A stretch of DNA of 64,000 nucleotides from contig OY829846.1 of the NCBI GenBank assembly GCA_963691875.1, forward strand, positions 3,328,001-3,392,000, in the 5' to 3' direction. Below, piece after piece: positions 9,942 to 20,121 of the stretch. Both the position numbers and the translations under genes were made by a program. The stretch's first letter is position 1. Each line of letters begins with the position of its first letter. Under the pieces are notes generated by a model that searched no databases, was not told where the DNA came from, and was given only the letters and a program-made list of their open reading frames with translations. This DNA is from Aureliella sp. (lineage in GTDB: Bacteria; Planctomycetota; Planctomycetia; Pirellulales; Pirellulaceae).

Positions 9942-10433
9942 ATGGGACTTGTACTACTTGAAAGCGTCTTATTATCACTGTTGCTGGCCATACCTTCTGG
10001 GCCAGGTACTCACACCAAGATTGTTCGAGTCGCGGATTCACAATCAAAACAGGCCGACCCGAAGACGGTCTTCTTACGCGATAAGATTTCGCAGACCGTC
10101 GACTTAATCGAGCTCAATCACTACTACGACGATCTTGGCCGACACTCCTACGATCAAGTAATCTTCTACGAGTGGTCTCCTGACTACGCTCGCTTCCATG
10201 TCATCGCTTGGAGCCTGGTCGAGAAGAATCAAACCAAGAAGCCTCGTAAAGATCCACATCGTGGTGACTACTATTCACGCTGGTACGATCGCGAATCCAA
10301 TGTGCATCGTACAATTCGATCAAAGGTGTTCCTCGAAACCTGGAGCAAAACCGATCCAGAACGTGCCAACAAAAAGCTGCTCGACGAGAAGTACCGCGTG
10401 AGGTTCATTCGACCAGCGAAGATTGAGCGGTAG
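9942..10433 (+). CDS. Secreted hypothetical protein
   Basis: Signal-peptide-like N-terminus, RBS-like GGGAG upstream, 163 aa ORF. Confidence 0.7.
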   Translation: MGLVLLESVLLSLLLAIPSGPGTHTKIVRVADSQSKQADPKTVFLRDKISQTVDLIELNHYYDDLGRHSYDQVIFYEWSPDYARFHVIAWSLVEKNQTKKPRKDPHRGDYYSRWYDRESNVHRTIRSKVFLETWSKTDPERANKKLLDEKYRVRFIRPAKIER

Positions 10434-10575
10434 CTTGATCTTGCGAGCAACGCCCCGCACGTTCCAACGGCCTACGTATAGCGTGGCGAGGAATTCTGGA
10501 AGGCTTGGAGCCTAAGCGACGGGGAGGGCATCGCCCAGCTGGTAGACACCGGCAGGATATCTATGCCACATAAGA

Positions 10576-11904
10576 CTAATTACGTAGATCGTGCCAACGG
10601 CGTGATTTGAGTTCGCTACGCGGCAGGCTATCGGGGGCTGCGAGACTCACAGGGATGCGCAGCCCCAAACGCATCTGCAGTCGCTTTTCCAATTCCAACT
10701 GAGTAGATTCATCAGCTTCGATTGAAATGGCAAGTTGGTCGAGTGCGGCGGACCGCGTCACTTGGACTTGATATTCGGCGATGCTGTTAAATTCCCGCAC
10801 CACTGCGTCGATGCTGCTGGGGAAAACATTGACGCCGCGGACCGTGACCATATTGTCGCTCCGCCCAACCACTCCCTGCGGCATCCATAGGAAACGGCAA
10901 GGGCCGGAGGTTGGGCGTTCTGCGATGACAACATCTCCAGTCCTGTAGCGAATCACAGGTGCACCGTAGCGACAAAGTGAGGTAATCACAAGCTCTCGGA
11001 AAGCAGCCGAGCTGCTGTCCGCCAGAGCCGTATGATCCGTCTCGACCGGAAGTAGCTCAGCAATAAAGCTCGTTTCGATCACATGCAATCCTGGGCGAGC
11101 TGGCCAACCGAACCCCCAAGGACCGATCTCCGTTGCACCGCTGTGATCCACTACTTTCGCTTGCCAGAGCGATTCCATCCGGCTTCTCACTTCAGGAACG
11201 CTGCCACCTGACTCACCTGCCACAATCAATCGCTTGACCGGGAGGGCAGCAATATCAAAGTTCTCGCGTTCGGCAACTTCTGCCATGTGCAGAGCGTACG
11301 ACGGCGTACAACAAAGGAGGGTAGCTTTGCTGGAACGCATAAACTCCAGTCGGGCGAGTGTGCTCAAGCCACCCCCAGGAATGACCATCGCTCCACGATC
11401 CACGCAAGCTTGATGAGCGCTCCAGAACCCGATGAACGGCCCGAACGAAAAGGCGAGAAAAACGCGATCTTCCACGCCGATCTCAGCCGCCTCGAGCACG
11501 TGCTGCCAAGTGGAGGACCAGCAACGCCAGTCGAGTTCGGTATCAAGAATTGGAAGCGGTTTTCCCGTCGTGCCACTCGTGCGATGCAAACGAGAGTACT
11601 CTTGGCTGGGATAACTGTGATGCGAGCTGATTCCATCTTTCGCTTCCGCGCCGCTGGCGACTAGCTCCTGTTTGCTGGTCATCGGTAGATTCGACAGATC
11701 ATCGAGACTACTCAGTTGCAGGAAGTCACTTCCAAACTTCTGCTGATAGAACTTATTGCTCGGGAGGATCGCAGCCAGCTGACCGTTCAATTGCTTGAGC
11801 TGCCAGTCGCGGATCTGGTCTTCGCTCCATTGCCAACAATCACTAGGGCGAAGCGCTAAGTGTCTCTGCTGTGTCGCGTCCGGTCTTAAAGGCGTATGCG
11901 TCAT
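10576..11904 (-). CDS. Phenylacetate--CoA ligase family protein
   Basis: TSGTTGKP, GATEIG, IRYRTGD and GRSDNMVTVRGVNVFPS motifs. Confidence 0.85.
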   Translation of the reverse strand: MTHTPLRPDATQQRHLALRPSDCWQWSEDQIRDWQLKQLNGQLAAILPSNKFYQQKFGSDFLQLSSLDDLSNLPMTSKQELVASGAEAKDGISSHHSYPSQEYSRLHRTSGTTGKPLPILDTELDWRCWSSTWQHVLEAAEIGVEDRVFLAFSFGPFIGFWSAHQACVDRGAMVIPGGGLSTLARLEFMRSSKATLLCCTPSYALHMAEVAERENFDIAALPVKRLIVAGESGGSVPEVRSRMESLWQAKVVDHSGATEIGPWGFGWPARPGLHVIETSFIAELLPVETDHTALADSSSAAFRELVITSLCRYGAPVIRYRTGDVVIAERPTSGPCRFLWMPQGVVGRSDNMVTVRGVNVFPSSIDAVVREFNSIAEYQVQVTRSAALDQLAISIEADESTQLELEKRLQMRLGLRIPVSLAAPDSLPRSELKSRRWHDLRN

Positions 11905-11908
11905 GAGT

Positions 11909-13054
11909 TCAGACCAAAACGATGTTATCGCGGTGAATCACTTCCTCGTAAGGGCAGTGTCCTAGCTTTTCGGCAATGGCTTCCGACTTCAGTCCAATGA
12001 TCTTTTGAAGTTCGTCAGCAGAATAGTTAGTGAGTCCGCGAGCGAACTCGTTTCCGTCAGCATCGCAGATGGAAAGTACATCTCCTTTGTGAAAGCTGCC
12101 TTCGCATCTTAAGATCCCGATGGCCAGCAAGCTCGGGCCATTCTTCTTAAGCGCTTGGGTGGCCCCAGAATCACAGTGCACGGCTCCTGCAACTTGAGCC
12201 GAAAAACCAATCCAACGTTTCTTAGGAGCCAAGCCCCGCGACTGAGGCAGGAACAGAGTCCCGATCTCCTCTCCCTCGAGAACGCGTTTCAAAACATCAG
12301 GCGTTCGGCCTCCTGCGATGATTACAGGGGCCCCGCTGCGTGTCGTAAAATGAGCCGCCTTGAGTTTGCTGTACATCCCGCCTTTGCCAACACCGCCTGA
12401 AGTGTCGACCGCGAGGGCGAGAATCGAATCGTTGACTGTTTCTATTTCTCGCAAAACCATTGCGTCGCTATCTTCGCCAGGTCTCGCCGAATATACCCCG
12501 TCCACATCGCTAAGAATGATCAGGGCAGGGCGGGCGAAAAGTCCGGCGACCATCGCGGCCAGCCGGTCGTTGTCACCGAAAGTCGTAAGCAACTCGTCTA
12601 CGGAAACGGAATCATTCTCGTTGATGATCGGGATGGTGCCGATCTTTAGCAGCGTTCGCAGCGTGTTGCGAAGATTCAAGTACCGCGCTCGATCATCAAT
12701 GTCTTCGGCGGTCAATAATACTTGAGCTGCATGTCGCGAATGCCGAGAAAAGTGCTGTTCATAGGTTTGGATTAAGTGAGCTTGCCCTACCGATGCGACC
12801 GCTTGAAGGTGGGCTAAGTCCTTGGGCCGCTCTGCCATCGCAAGCCTTGCCATGCCGGCCGCAACGGCACCACTGCTAACCAATACGACTTCATGCTGCT
12901 CCGAAAGCAGCGAAAGCTGAGTTGCCAGCGAGGTAATTCGCGCGACATCGAGCTTCCCATCTTCGGTGGACAGCACGCGTGAGCCAACTTTAACCACTAA
13001 GGTATCGCAAGCGGCAAGCAATTCTTTTCGAGATGGTAAAACTTGCGAATCCAT
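11909..13054 (-). CDS. proB: Glutamate 5-kinase with PUA domain
   Basis: VVKVGS, VSSGAVAAG, IINENDSV, FGDNDRLAA, GGMYSKL and IHRDN motifs. Confidence 0.95.
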   Translation of the reverse strand: MDSQVLPSRKELLAACDTLVVKVGSRVLSTEDGKLDVARITSLATQLSLLSEQHEVVLVSSGAVAAGMARLAMAERPKDLAHLQAVASVGQAHLIQTYEQHFSRHSRHAAQVLLTAEDIDDRARYLNLRNTLRTLLKIGTIPIINENDSVSVDELLTTFGDNDRLAAMVAGLFARPALIILSDVDGVYSARPGEDSDAMVLREIETVNDSILALAVDTSGGVGKGGMYSKLKAAHFTTRSGAPVIIAGGRTPDVLKRVLEGEEIGTLFLPQSRGLAPKKRWIGFSAQVAGAVHCDSGATQALKKNGPSLLAIGILRCEGSFHKGDVLSICDADGNEFARGLTNYSADELQKIIGLKSEAIAEKLGHCPYEEVIHRDNIVLV

Positions 13055-13436
13055 GAAGTCTTTGAATTATCGTACTAGATTCAGACTAGGCAATTTGAGT
13101 GGCAAGAAGCTGGAATAGTAAAGCAGTTTGGACACAATTACTGCACCGCCGGGTGACAAGATATGCGGAGCATCGGTATTTTACCGAGGCTGGGCCCGCA
13201 AGGTTGTGGCCAGCCCACCAAGCGATTGTGTCAACCATTTGCTGATTGTGAAGACGTGGCTACACTATCATAGTCCTCCCGCTTTAGCACCGAGTCTACC
13301 GGAGCACAATTGGATGAGCGAGCGGCCTAGATCAACTTCAGGACGAAGTTTGTTGATGGCAAGAGCGCTGGCTGTCTTATTTCGCACCAGGGACAGTAGA
13401 CGAGCTACCTTCTGAAAACAGGTTCAGAAACTTCTC

Positions 13437-13556
13437 ATGAGCGAACTTCATCATGAGTGCGGCTTCGCCGCGATCTATCACTTGGACAGTGGCGATCTCG
13501 ACATCCAATATCTTGGGCAACTTATCCGATATGAGGCAGAACTATGTGTGGCCTAG
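13437..13556 (+). pseudogene. Remnant of a propeptide-type amidophosphoribosyltransferase N-terminus (39-codon ORF)
   Basis: ATG 13437 translates MSELHHECGFAAIYHLDSGD...CVA*; the TAG falls inside the start of purF. Confidence 0.65.
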
Positions 13557-15076
13557 TTGGAATCGTTGCAAAGCAAGAAGTCGCCCCTGAAATCTACGAT
13601 GCTTTGACTGTTCTGCAGCATCGCGGACAAGACGCAGCTGGGATGATGACCTGCTCCGAAGACCGTGTGAATCAACGAAAGAGCGTGGGTCTCGTCCGAG
13701 ATGTTTTTCGGCAGCAGCACATCTCTCGCTTGCAAGGGAAGATCGGCGTCGGGCACATTCGCTACCCGACTGCCGGAAGCGGTGGAGCAGCCAACGCACA
13801 GCCGTTCTATGTCAACACTCCCTACGGCATCGCGCTCGCTCATAACGGTAATCTCACCAACTCTCGTCAGCTCCGCGACGAGCTGTTTGAAACCGAGATG
13901 CGACATCTGAATACGGATTCAGATTCTGAAGTCCTGCTAAACGTATTTGCTCGCGAACTACACGATCGTGGACAGCTGCAGGCGTCCCCTGAAGACATCT
14001 TTGCTGCAGTCTCCGCAGTACACCGTCGCTGTAGCGGTGGTTACGCTGCCGTCGCCATGATCGTTAACCACGGCATCGTTGCTTTTCGCGACCCCTGGGG
14101 CATACGGCCACTGGTGGTAGGCTATCGCGGTGAGGGCAATGATCGTGAGTACATGGTTGCGTCAGAGAGTGTCGCGCTCGACGTTCTAGGCTTCACCTTA
14201 CTTTCCGATGTCGCGCCGGGTGAGGCAATATTCATTGATCAGGCTCGAAATCTGCACCGACAGCAGTGCGCATCGGAAACATCGCTCACCCCGTGTATTT
14301 TTGAGCACGTCTACTTTGCTCGACCCGATAGCATGCTCGATGAGATTTCGGTCTACAAAACAAGGAAACGGCAAGGAGAAGCCCTGGCCCGCAAGATTCA
14401 ACGTCTGAGACCTGATCACGATATCGACGTGGTCATCCCGATTCCTGATAGCAGTCGAACTGCTGGCCTATCCTTGGCTCAGACACTTGGTCTTAAGTAC
14501 CACGAAGCGTTCGTGAAGAATCGTTACATTGGGCGCACGTTTATCATGCCCGGACAGAAAGAGCGAAGGAAGTCCGTACGCCAGAAACTCAACCCCATTC
14601 GGCTCGAGTTCGAAGGCAAGAACGTCATGTTGGTGGACGACTCGATCGTCCGCGGAACCACTTGCAGAGAGATCATTCAGATGGCACGCGACGCTGGCGC
14701 GAATCGAGTCTATCTCGCCTCAGCTGCGCCTCCTGTTCGTTTCCCGAACGTCTACGGGATTGACATGCCGTCTCCAAGTGAACTCATCGCACATGGGCGT
14801 ACCGAAGAACAAGTTGGCGCGTTGATCGGTGCCGACTGGCTGGTCTACCAAGATCTCGATGAACTCGTACGATGCTCTCGAGAAGGAAACCCAGAGGTGG
14901 ATAGTTTCGAATGCTCGGTGTTCGACGGCAATTATGTCACGGGTGACGTTAATACCGCTTACCTTAAGTCCATCGACGCTGAGCGAAACGATGACGCCAA
15001 GGAACAGCAGCGCTCTGCTGTTGAAGGCGACGGTGTCGTGGTGGGGATTTACAACGACGTATCCGAGGCAAACTGA
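13544..15076 (+). CDS. purF: Amidophosphoribosyltransferase (E. coli type, no propeptide)
   Basis: [41 protein letters not shown] and [10 protein letters not shown] motifs. Confidence 0.97.
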   Translation: MCGLVGIVAKQEVAPEIYDALTVLQHRGQDAAGMMTCSEDRVNQRKSVGLVRDVFRQQHISRLQGKIGVGHIRYPTAGSGGAANAQPFYVNTPYGIALAHNGNLTNSRQLRDELFETEMRHLNTDSDSEVLLNVFARELHDRGQLQASPEDIFAAVSAVHRRCSGGYAAVAMIVNHGIVAFRDPWGIRPLVVGYRGEGNDREYMVASESVALDVLGFTLLSDVAPGEAIFIDQARNLHRQQCASETSLTPCIFEHVYFARPDSMLDEISVYKTRKRQGEALARKIQRLRPDHDIDVVIPIPDSSRTAGLSLAQTLGLKYHEAFVKNRYIGRTFIMPGQKERRKSVRQKLNPIRLEFEGKNVMLVDDSIVRGTTCREIIQMARDAGANRVYLASAAPPVRFPNVYGIDMPSPSELIAHGRTEEQVGALIGADWLVYQDLDELVRCSREGNPEVDSFECSVFDGNYVTGDVNTAYLKSIDAERNDDAKEQQRSAVEGDGVVVGIYNDVSEAN

Positions 15077-15253
15077 GCTACTAGCTCCGGCCGGATATCG
15101 TTGAAGAGCACGCATCGCTGTTTAACACCCAGTCGCAGGCGGCGTCTTGTTTTGGTGAGGAAGCCGCTCTTATGGACTCGATTGCCCGCCATGCTTGTAC
15201 TCAAGGACTCAATGGTTTGCAGGTCCAGCTTGTCATTGAGGGCGAACCACCGT

Positions 15254-16180
15254 TCACTGCGTCATGGCATAGGTAACGATATTGATGCCGAAGGGATAAG
15301 AATGTTTCACGGAGAAGAGCTCAAAGAAATCGGGGTGCTCTCCCTCACGTTCCCAACCATCGCCAATGTCGTTGTTGTGGCAGACGATGCCCACCATTCG
15401 TCGGTTTTGATCAAAGTAAGCTAAGAAGTGCGGCTTGCGATCACCCGTCTCACCCTCGTGCGAATACTCGTAGCGGTCTCCATTTCGCCAAGTCAAGTAG
15501 TCCGTGACTTGCGGCAACGCCTTGAGATCATAAACAGTGTGAAACACCGGATGATCAATACTTAGCTCAATGGGGGTCGCGTAGGGTAGCACCTTCTTCA
15601 TTTCTTCCAGTACTCGGTCTCTACTCTTGATTCCCCAGAGGTCATCCATCATGAAGAAACCACCGTTCTCCAAGTAGCGGCGAAACCCTGCTTGTTCGGC
15701 TTTGCTGAGCCGCATGTACTGAACGCCGGCAAGGTAGACAAACGGATAGTCGAGCAACTCTGGTTCGGTCAAACGCACCACGGCAGCGTCGGGGTTCACA
15801 TGCATCGACGTTAATTGCTGCAGACGCATGGAGAAGTGAATGTCTGCATCTGGAAAATCGTTGTTCCAACGATCGAACCAGCCGAAAGGACCATCCGAGT
15901 CATATTGGACTCGTGCGAAAGTAAAAACGTCTTTCTCAAAATCTTGTGGAGATTCCCAAGTCGGATAGCTGCTTCGATCGTAATTGCGGCCGACGCCGGG
16001 ATTGCCGCCTCGAAATCCTCGACCACCTCTCCCCCCGCCACCAGGCCACCCGCCAATCTGTGCGAGGCCGATCGCCCCGAACAGCAGCATGCAAAATGCA
16101 ATGGCTGTAACTCGAGTGAATCGCAACATGAACAGCGCGGGCACAGGTAACTTCCTCTGAGGTGCAAAATGAACCGACAC
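15254..16180 (-). CDS. DUF4159 domain protein
   Basis: FTFARVQY, LLDYPFVY, YLENGGFFMMDD, NNDIGDGWE and GINIVTYAMT motifs. Start uncertain. Confidence 0.8.
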   Translation of the reverse strand: MSVHFAPQRKLPVPALFMLRFTRVTAIAFCMLLFGAIGLAQIGGWPGGGGRGGRGFRGGNPGVGRNYDRSSYPTWESPQDFEKDVFTFARVQYDSDGPFGWFDRWNNDFPDADIHFSMRLQQLTSMHVNPDAAVVRLTEPELLDYPFVYLAGVQYMRLSKAEQAGFRRYLENGGFFMMDDLWGIKSRDRVLEEMKKVLPYATPIELSIDHPVFHTVYDLKALPQVTDYLTWRNGDRYEYSHEGETGDRKPHFLAYFDQNRRMVGIVCHNNDIGDGWEREGEHPDFFELFSVKHSYPFGINIVTYAMTQ

Positions 16181-16494
16181 GGTTCATGATAGTGCCTGAG
16201 CCAAGTTCTGGCGAATTGCAACTTCGCCGTTCGACTATGCTGGAACAGGCAAACCTCTCTAGCTCGTTATAAACCGACTCTTCGGTCTGACTCACGAGAC
16301 TCCTACGACTGGCTGACTACAGACTTCTCTAACCCTCAATGCCAGCAAATGGCTGGATTTCTGCAGAGCGATCGACGAAGACGATAGGTGCATCAGTCTG
16401 GATGGATCCTGGCCTGCATGTTGCCTGAGCCGCTCGGAGGTGATTGGATACCTTGGGCCGCTCGTTCATGTTGTCGGATTATCAGGATCCAGTC

Positions 16495-17913
16495 ATGTTT
16501 CACATTCTCGCCTGGCGTTGGCCTTTTCTAGCTCTCTTCCTCGCAGTCGTGTTCTGGATCGGTCGCCACTACACAATCGGCGGCATCGAACACTTGCATC
16601 TGAAGCCGCGTGAAACCGCCGTGGCTCAGGCTCCTCCCACCTCCCCACTTACCGTCCCTACGAATACTTCATTGTTTGATTGGGATCCCGTAAGTGCAAA
16701 CATGCCAGAAGGCTTCCTCGACTTGCCCTACTCCGGCTCGAAGCCAAGTAACAACCCAACCCCCACTCCAGGCGATTTGCCGACTGATGACTCCCAGTGG
16801 CAAGGCAAGTTGTCGTTGGGAGAAAAGCTGTCGATGTGGCAAGCAAAAACATCCGAAAACCCGCTCACAAGCGAGACGCTGGCCGCGGACACTGACACTC
16901 GCGATCCTTCGTCGGCCCCCATTCCGCTGCCGCCGCACTTCCGATTGAGCACAAAAGGTGAAGCAGGTTCAAGCTCGGGCCACATCGCTCGAGCAACAGT
17001 GAGTACTGGATTCGGGCCTGCAGCAACGCAACCCGTTGCGACTCTCCGCAGTGAAACTGCTGCGGCCCGCACCGATGATGCTCCTGACAGCTCCGAGCCG
17101 ATGAGACAAACCTTGGCACGTACAGATCGCATTCGAGTAGGTAGCTTCAACTTGGGGTCACTGAGCCCGAGTAAACTATCGAAGCCACAAGCGACCATGG
17201 TGATCGTGAGCTTGTTGCAGGAATTCGACTTGGTGGCACTCCAAGGCGTTCAAAGTGATCGCGACGATTTACTCCCGATCTTGGTCGACAAGCTAAACGC
17301 GACCGGCCGCAAGTACGATTTCTTGATCGGCCCCCGCGTTGGCCGCGTCAACAAGCTGCAGTTTGCGATGATCTTCGACACCGAGAGATTGGAAACGGAT
17401 CGGTATCAGTTGTATACGGTGAAAGACCCCGAAGATCTCGTGCAATACGAGCCCCTTGTCGGCTGGTTCCGTTGCAAAGGAGTGGCCAATAAGGAAGCTT
17501 TCACTTTTTCCTTGATCAATGTGATGCTCGATCGTGATCTAGCCAGCAGCGAACAGGCCATGTTGCCTTCCTTGATCGAAGCTGTGCAGCGAGATGGACG
17601 CAACGAGGATGACTGGATTGTGGCCGGTGGAATTGGCGGCAGCGTTGAGCGATTAAATTTCTTGGACCGGCGCTCCGTTCGATTTGCGGTTCGCGATATC
17701 CCGACGAACCTAGAAGGCACGCAGCAGTTCGACAGCATCTTTTTCTCCTCCGCCGCAACAGCTGAGTACACTGGCCGAAGCGGTGCAACAGACTTTCTTC
17801 GCAAGCTCAATCTCTCAATGGAACAAGCACTTGAAGTAAGTCCATTCATCCCCGTGTGGGCGGAATTCTCTACCGTCGAAGGCTTCGAGCCTGGTCGGGT
17901 TTCACTCAACTGA
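16495..17913 (+). CDS. Membrane-anchored DNase I-like (EEP) domain protein, catalytic residues degenerate
   Basis: N-terminal TM helix, Pro/Ser-rich linker, then IRVGSFN, FDLVALQG, IGPRVGR and PVWAEFS motifs. Confidence 0.75.
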   Translation: MFHILAWRWPFLALFLAVVFWIGRHYTIGGIEHLHLKPRETAVAQAPPTSPLTVPTNTSLFDWDPVSANMPEGFLDLPYSGSKPSNNPTPTPGDLPTDDSQWQGKLSLGEKLSMWQAKTSENPLTSETLAADTDTRDPSSAPIPLPPHFRLSTKGEAGSSSGHIARATVSTGFGPAATQPVATLRSETAAARTDDAPDSSEPMRQTLARTDRIRVGSFNLGSLSPSKLSKPQATMVIVSLLQEFDLVALQGVQSDRDDLLPILVDKLNATGRKYDFLIGPRVGRVNKLQFAMIFDTERLETDRYQLYTVKDPEDLVQYEPLVGWFRCKGVANKEAFTFSLINVMLDRDLASSEQAMLPSLIEAVQRDGRNEDDWIVAGGIGGSVERLNFLDRRSVRFAVRDIPTNLEGTQQFDSIFFSSAATAEYTGRSGATDFLRKLNLSMEQALEVSPFIPVWAEFSTVEGFEPGRVSLN

Positions 17914-18175
17914 TCTCTCCAACCCTAAAAGTTGATGAAGAAAATTTCGCAACGCGAGTCGTCGAAACTTTCGCCAACCCCATCATCAAATAACGAACAA
18001 GGAATATTGAAGCTCGAAGAAATACCTAGATGGGACTCTTAATACATAACTCCGCGAGTTATGGGTGGAGGGGGCTCTATCGCGAGTCTAGACCTGGTTT
18101 CGCAAAACGCTCCCAAGAACGCCCTAAGTCAAAGGGAGCGATCGGGCTTTGAACGGACGAGACGGTTGGCGGAGC

Positions 18176-18443
18176 GCGAAGCTCACGTTCGATGCCTTTG
18201 ACTTCCAACGCTATGCAAATGTGACTGGCCGCGTTGACTTCATCGCTCCCGACTCAAGTGCAGGTTCGAAAATGAGGATGTCGATCGGCTCCAAGTACAT
18301 CTGACTTCAAACGCAATTCGACGCAAAAACTCGAAAGGCGACATCAAGCTTGGCATTACCGGCACGGCTGAAATCGTGAATCGCAGTGAAAGCATGTTGA
18401 CCTTCCTGGCACCTTAGATCCGGCACACAATCAGCCTGAATTG
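18176..18443 (+). pseudogene. C-terminal remnant of a HlyD-family secretion adaptor
   Basis: KLTFDAFDFQRYANVTGRVDFIAPDS, a frameshift, then KGDIKLGITGTAEIVNRSESMLTFLAP*IRHTISL. Confidence 0.65.
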
Positions 18444-18470
18444 CGTCCTATATCAGAGTAGGTCTGAAAG

Positions 18471-19931
18471 TTAGCCGTGAATCACCGGGCAAACATCAAA
18501 CCACTCGCGGCCGTCTTTCTGAATCCACTCCAATCCAGCTTCGGGTCCCCAACCCCCAACTTGGTAAGAACTCATCGGAGGCGCCGCGGGACTACGCCAA
18601 GCTGCCAGAATCGGATCAATGATCTGCCAAGCCAGTTCCACTTCGTCGCTGCGAGCAAACAGGCTGGCGTCGCCTTCAAGTGCATCTTGCAGTAGGCGCT
18701 GGTAGGCATCCGGCAAGGATCCGCCGGAATCAAACCGGAAGTCAAGCGAACTCTGACGCAGCTGCATTTCCTGATCAGGCACCTTCGACTGGAAGTGCAT
18801 TTGAATGCCTTCCGCTGGCTGGATCTGAATTACCAGTCGATTTGCTTGCGGCAAGGACTTCTGGCCTGAAAATAGTAAGTGGGGAGGGTGATGAAACTCG
18901 ATGACGATTTGTGTCGTTCGGCAACTCATACCTTTGCCACTTCGCAGATAGAAAGGCACACCCTTCCAGCGCCAGTTGTCGATGTGCAACTTCATCGCAG
19001 CAAAGGTCTCGGTCTCGCTTGCAACATCGACACCTTCCTCCGCACGATAGCCTTCATACTGGGCTCGAACTCCACATTCCGCAAAATCGCTGCCCTGCAT
19101 CTTGCGCACTGCTCGCAGGACCTTCACCTTTTCGTCCCGCACGCTAGTTGCGTCATATTTCACTGGCGCCTCCATAGCGGTGATCATCATCAGTTGGAAG
19201 ATGTGATTTTGGAACATGTCCCGAAGGATACCCGACTTGTCGTAGTAATCCCCACGACGCCCAACAATGACTTCCTCCGCGACCGTGATCTGCACATGAT
19301 CGATGTAGTTGCGATTCCAAAGCGGCTCGAAGATGGTGTTGCCGAAACGTAGGACCATCATATTTTGGACCGTTTCCTTGCCCAAGTAATGATCGATTCG
19401 ATACACCTGATCCTCGCGCCACACCCTGTAGATGGAACTGTTCAGGTTCTGAGCCGTGGACAGATCCGTCCCAAAAGGCTTCTCGATGACGATGCGTCTC
19501 GCGCCATGCCTATCGTCCGCTAGTCCAGCCGCGCCAAGCTGTGCTGCGGCTTCGGCGTACAACTGTGGCATCGTCGCGACGTAATAGACTCGGTCAGCAT
19601 TCGCTCCGCCTTCTAGCTCTTCTAGACGCGTTCGCAAAGCTCGGAAATCTTCGGCAGCTTTGATGTCGCCGGGGCTGTAGTGCACTTTCGCGGCGAACTG
19701 ACTCCAAGACTCGCTCGAGAACTCGTCGCCAACAAACTTGGCGGTCGTTTCAGCCAGTTGTTTGCGCCAGCCCTCGTCATCAAACTTACTCCGCGCTACG
19801 CCGACGATCCGTGTGTTCTCTGGCAAGCGGTCTCGCAGGTGCAAGCGATAGAGCGCTGGAATTAGCTTGCGACTGGTCAAGTCTCCGGAAGCCCCGAAGA
19901 TCACCATCGTGTGAGCACCAACCGCATTCAT
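18471..19931 (-). CDS. zwf: Glucose-6-phosphate 1-dehydrogenase
   Basis: IFGASGDL, IEKPFG, RIDHYLGKE and WRWKGVPFYLRSGK motifs. Confidence 0.97.
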   Translation of the reverse strand: MNAVGAHTMVIFGASGDLTSRKLIPALYRLHLRDRLPENTRIVGVARSKFDDEGWRKQLAETTAKFVGDEFSSESWSQFAAKVHYSPGDIKAAEDFRALRTRLEELEGGANADRVYYVATMPQLYAEAAAQLGAAGLADDRHGARRIVIEKPFGTDLSTAQNLNSSIYRVWREDQVYRIDHYLGKETVQNMMVLRFGNTIFEPLWNRNYIDHVQITVAEEVIVGRRGDYYDKSGILRDMFQNHIFQLMMITAMEAPVKYDATSVRDEKVKVLRAVRKMQGSDFAECGVRAQYEGYRAEEGVDVASETETFAAMKLHIDNWRWKGVPFYLRSGKGMSCRTTQIVIEFHHPPHLLFSGQKSLPQANRLVIQIQPAEGIQMHFQSKVPDQEMQLRQSSLDFRFDSGGSLPDAYQRLLQDALEGDASLFARSDEVELAWQIIDPILAAWRSPAAPPMSSYQVGGWGPEAGLEWIQKDGREWFDVCPVIHG

Positions 19932-20010
19932 AACTGATTCCTAGAGTTCAAGAATTCGAGAGATTCCTACTAAGCCAAACGCGCATGCGTCTTTCTGTGC
20001 AATTCTGTCC

Positions 20011-20030
20011 CCCTCCCGCAAGCGGGAGGG
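20011..20030. repeat. Perfect GC-rich palindrome between gnd and zwf (REP-like)
   Basis: CCCTCCCGC-AA-GCGGGAGGG, with a further GGGAGGG about 20 bp downstream. Confidence 0.55.
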
Positions 20031-20121
20031 TCGGACGTATCACTGCCAGGGAGGGCTCTCCCCGAAAAGATATCAGACGCAGATCGCTAGTCGCCAACCG
20101 CTAACAGCTAACAGCTCCTCG

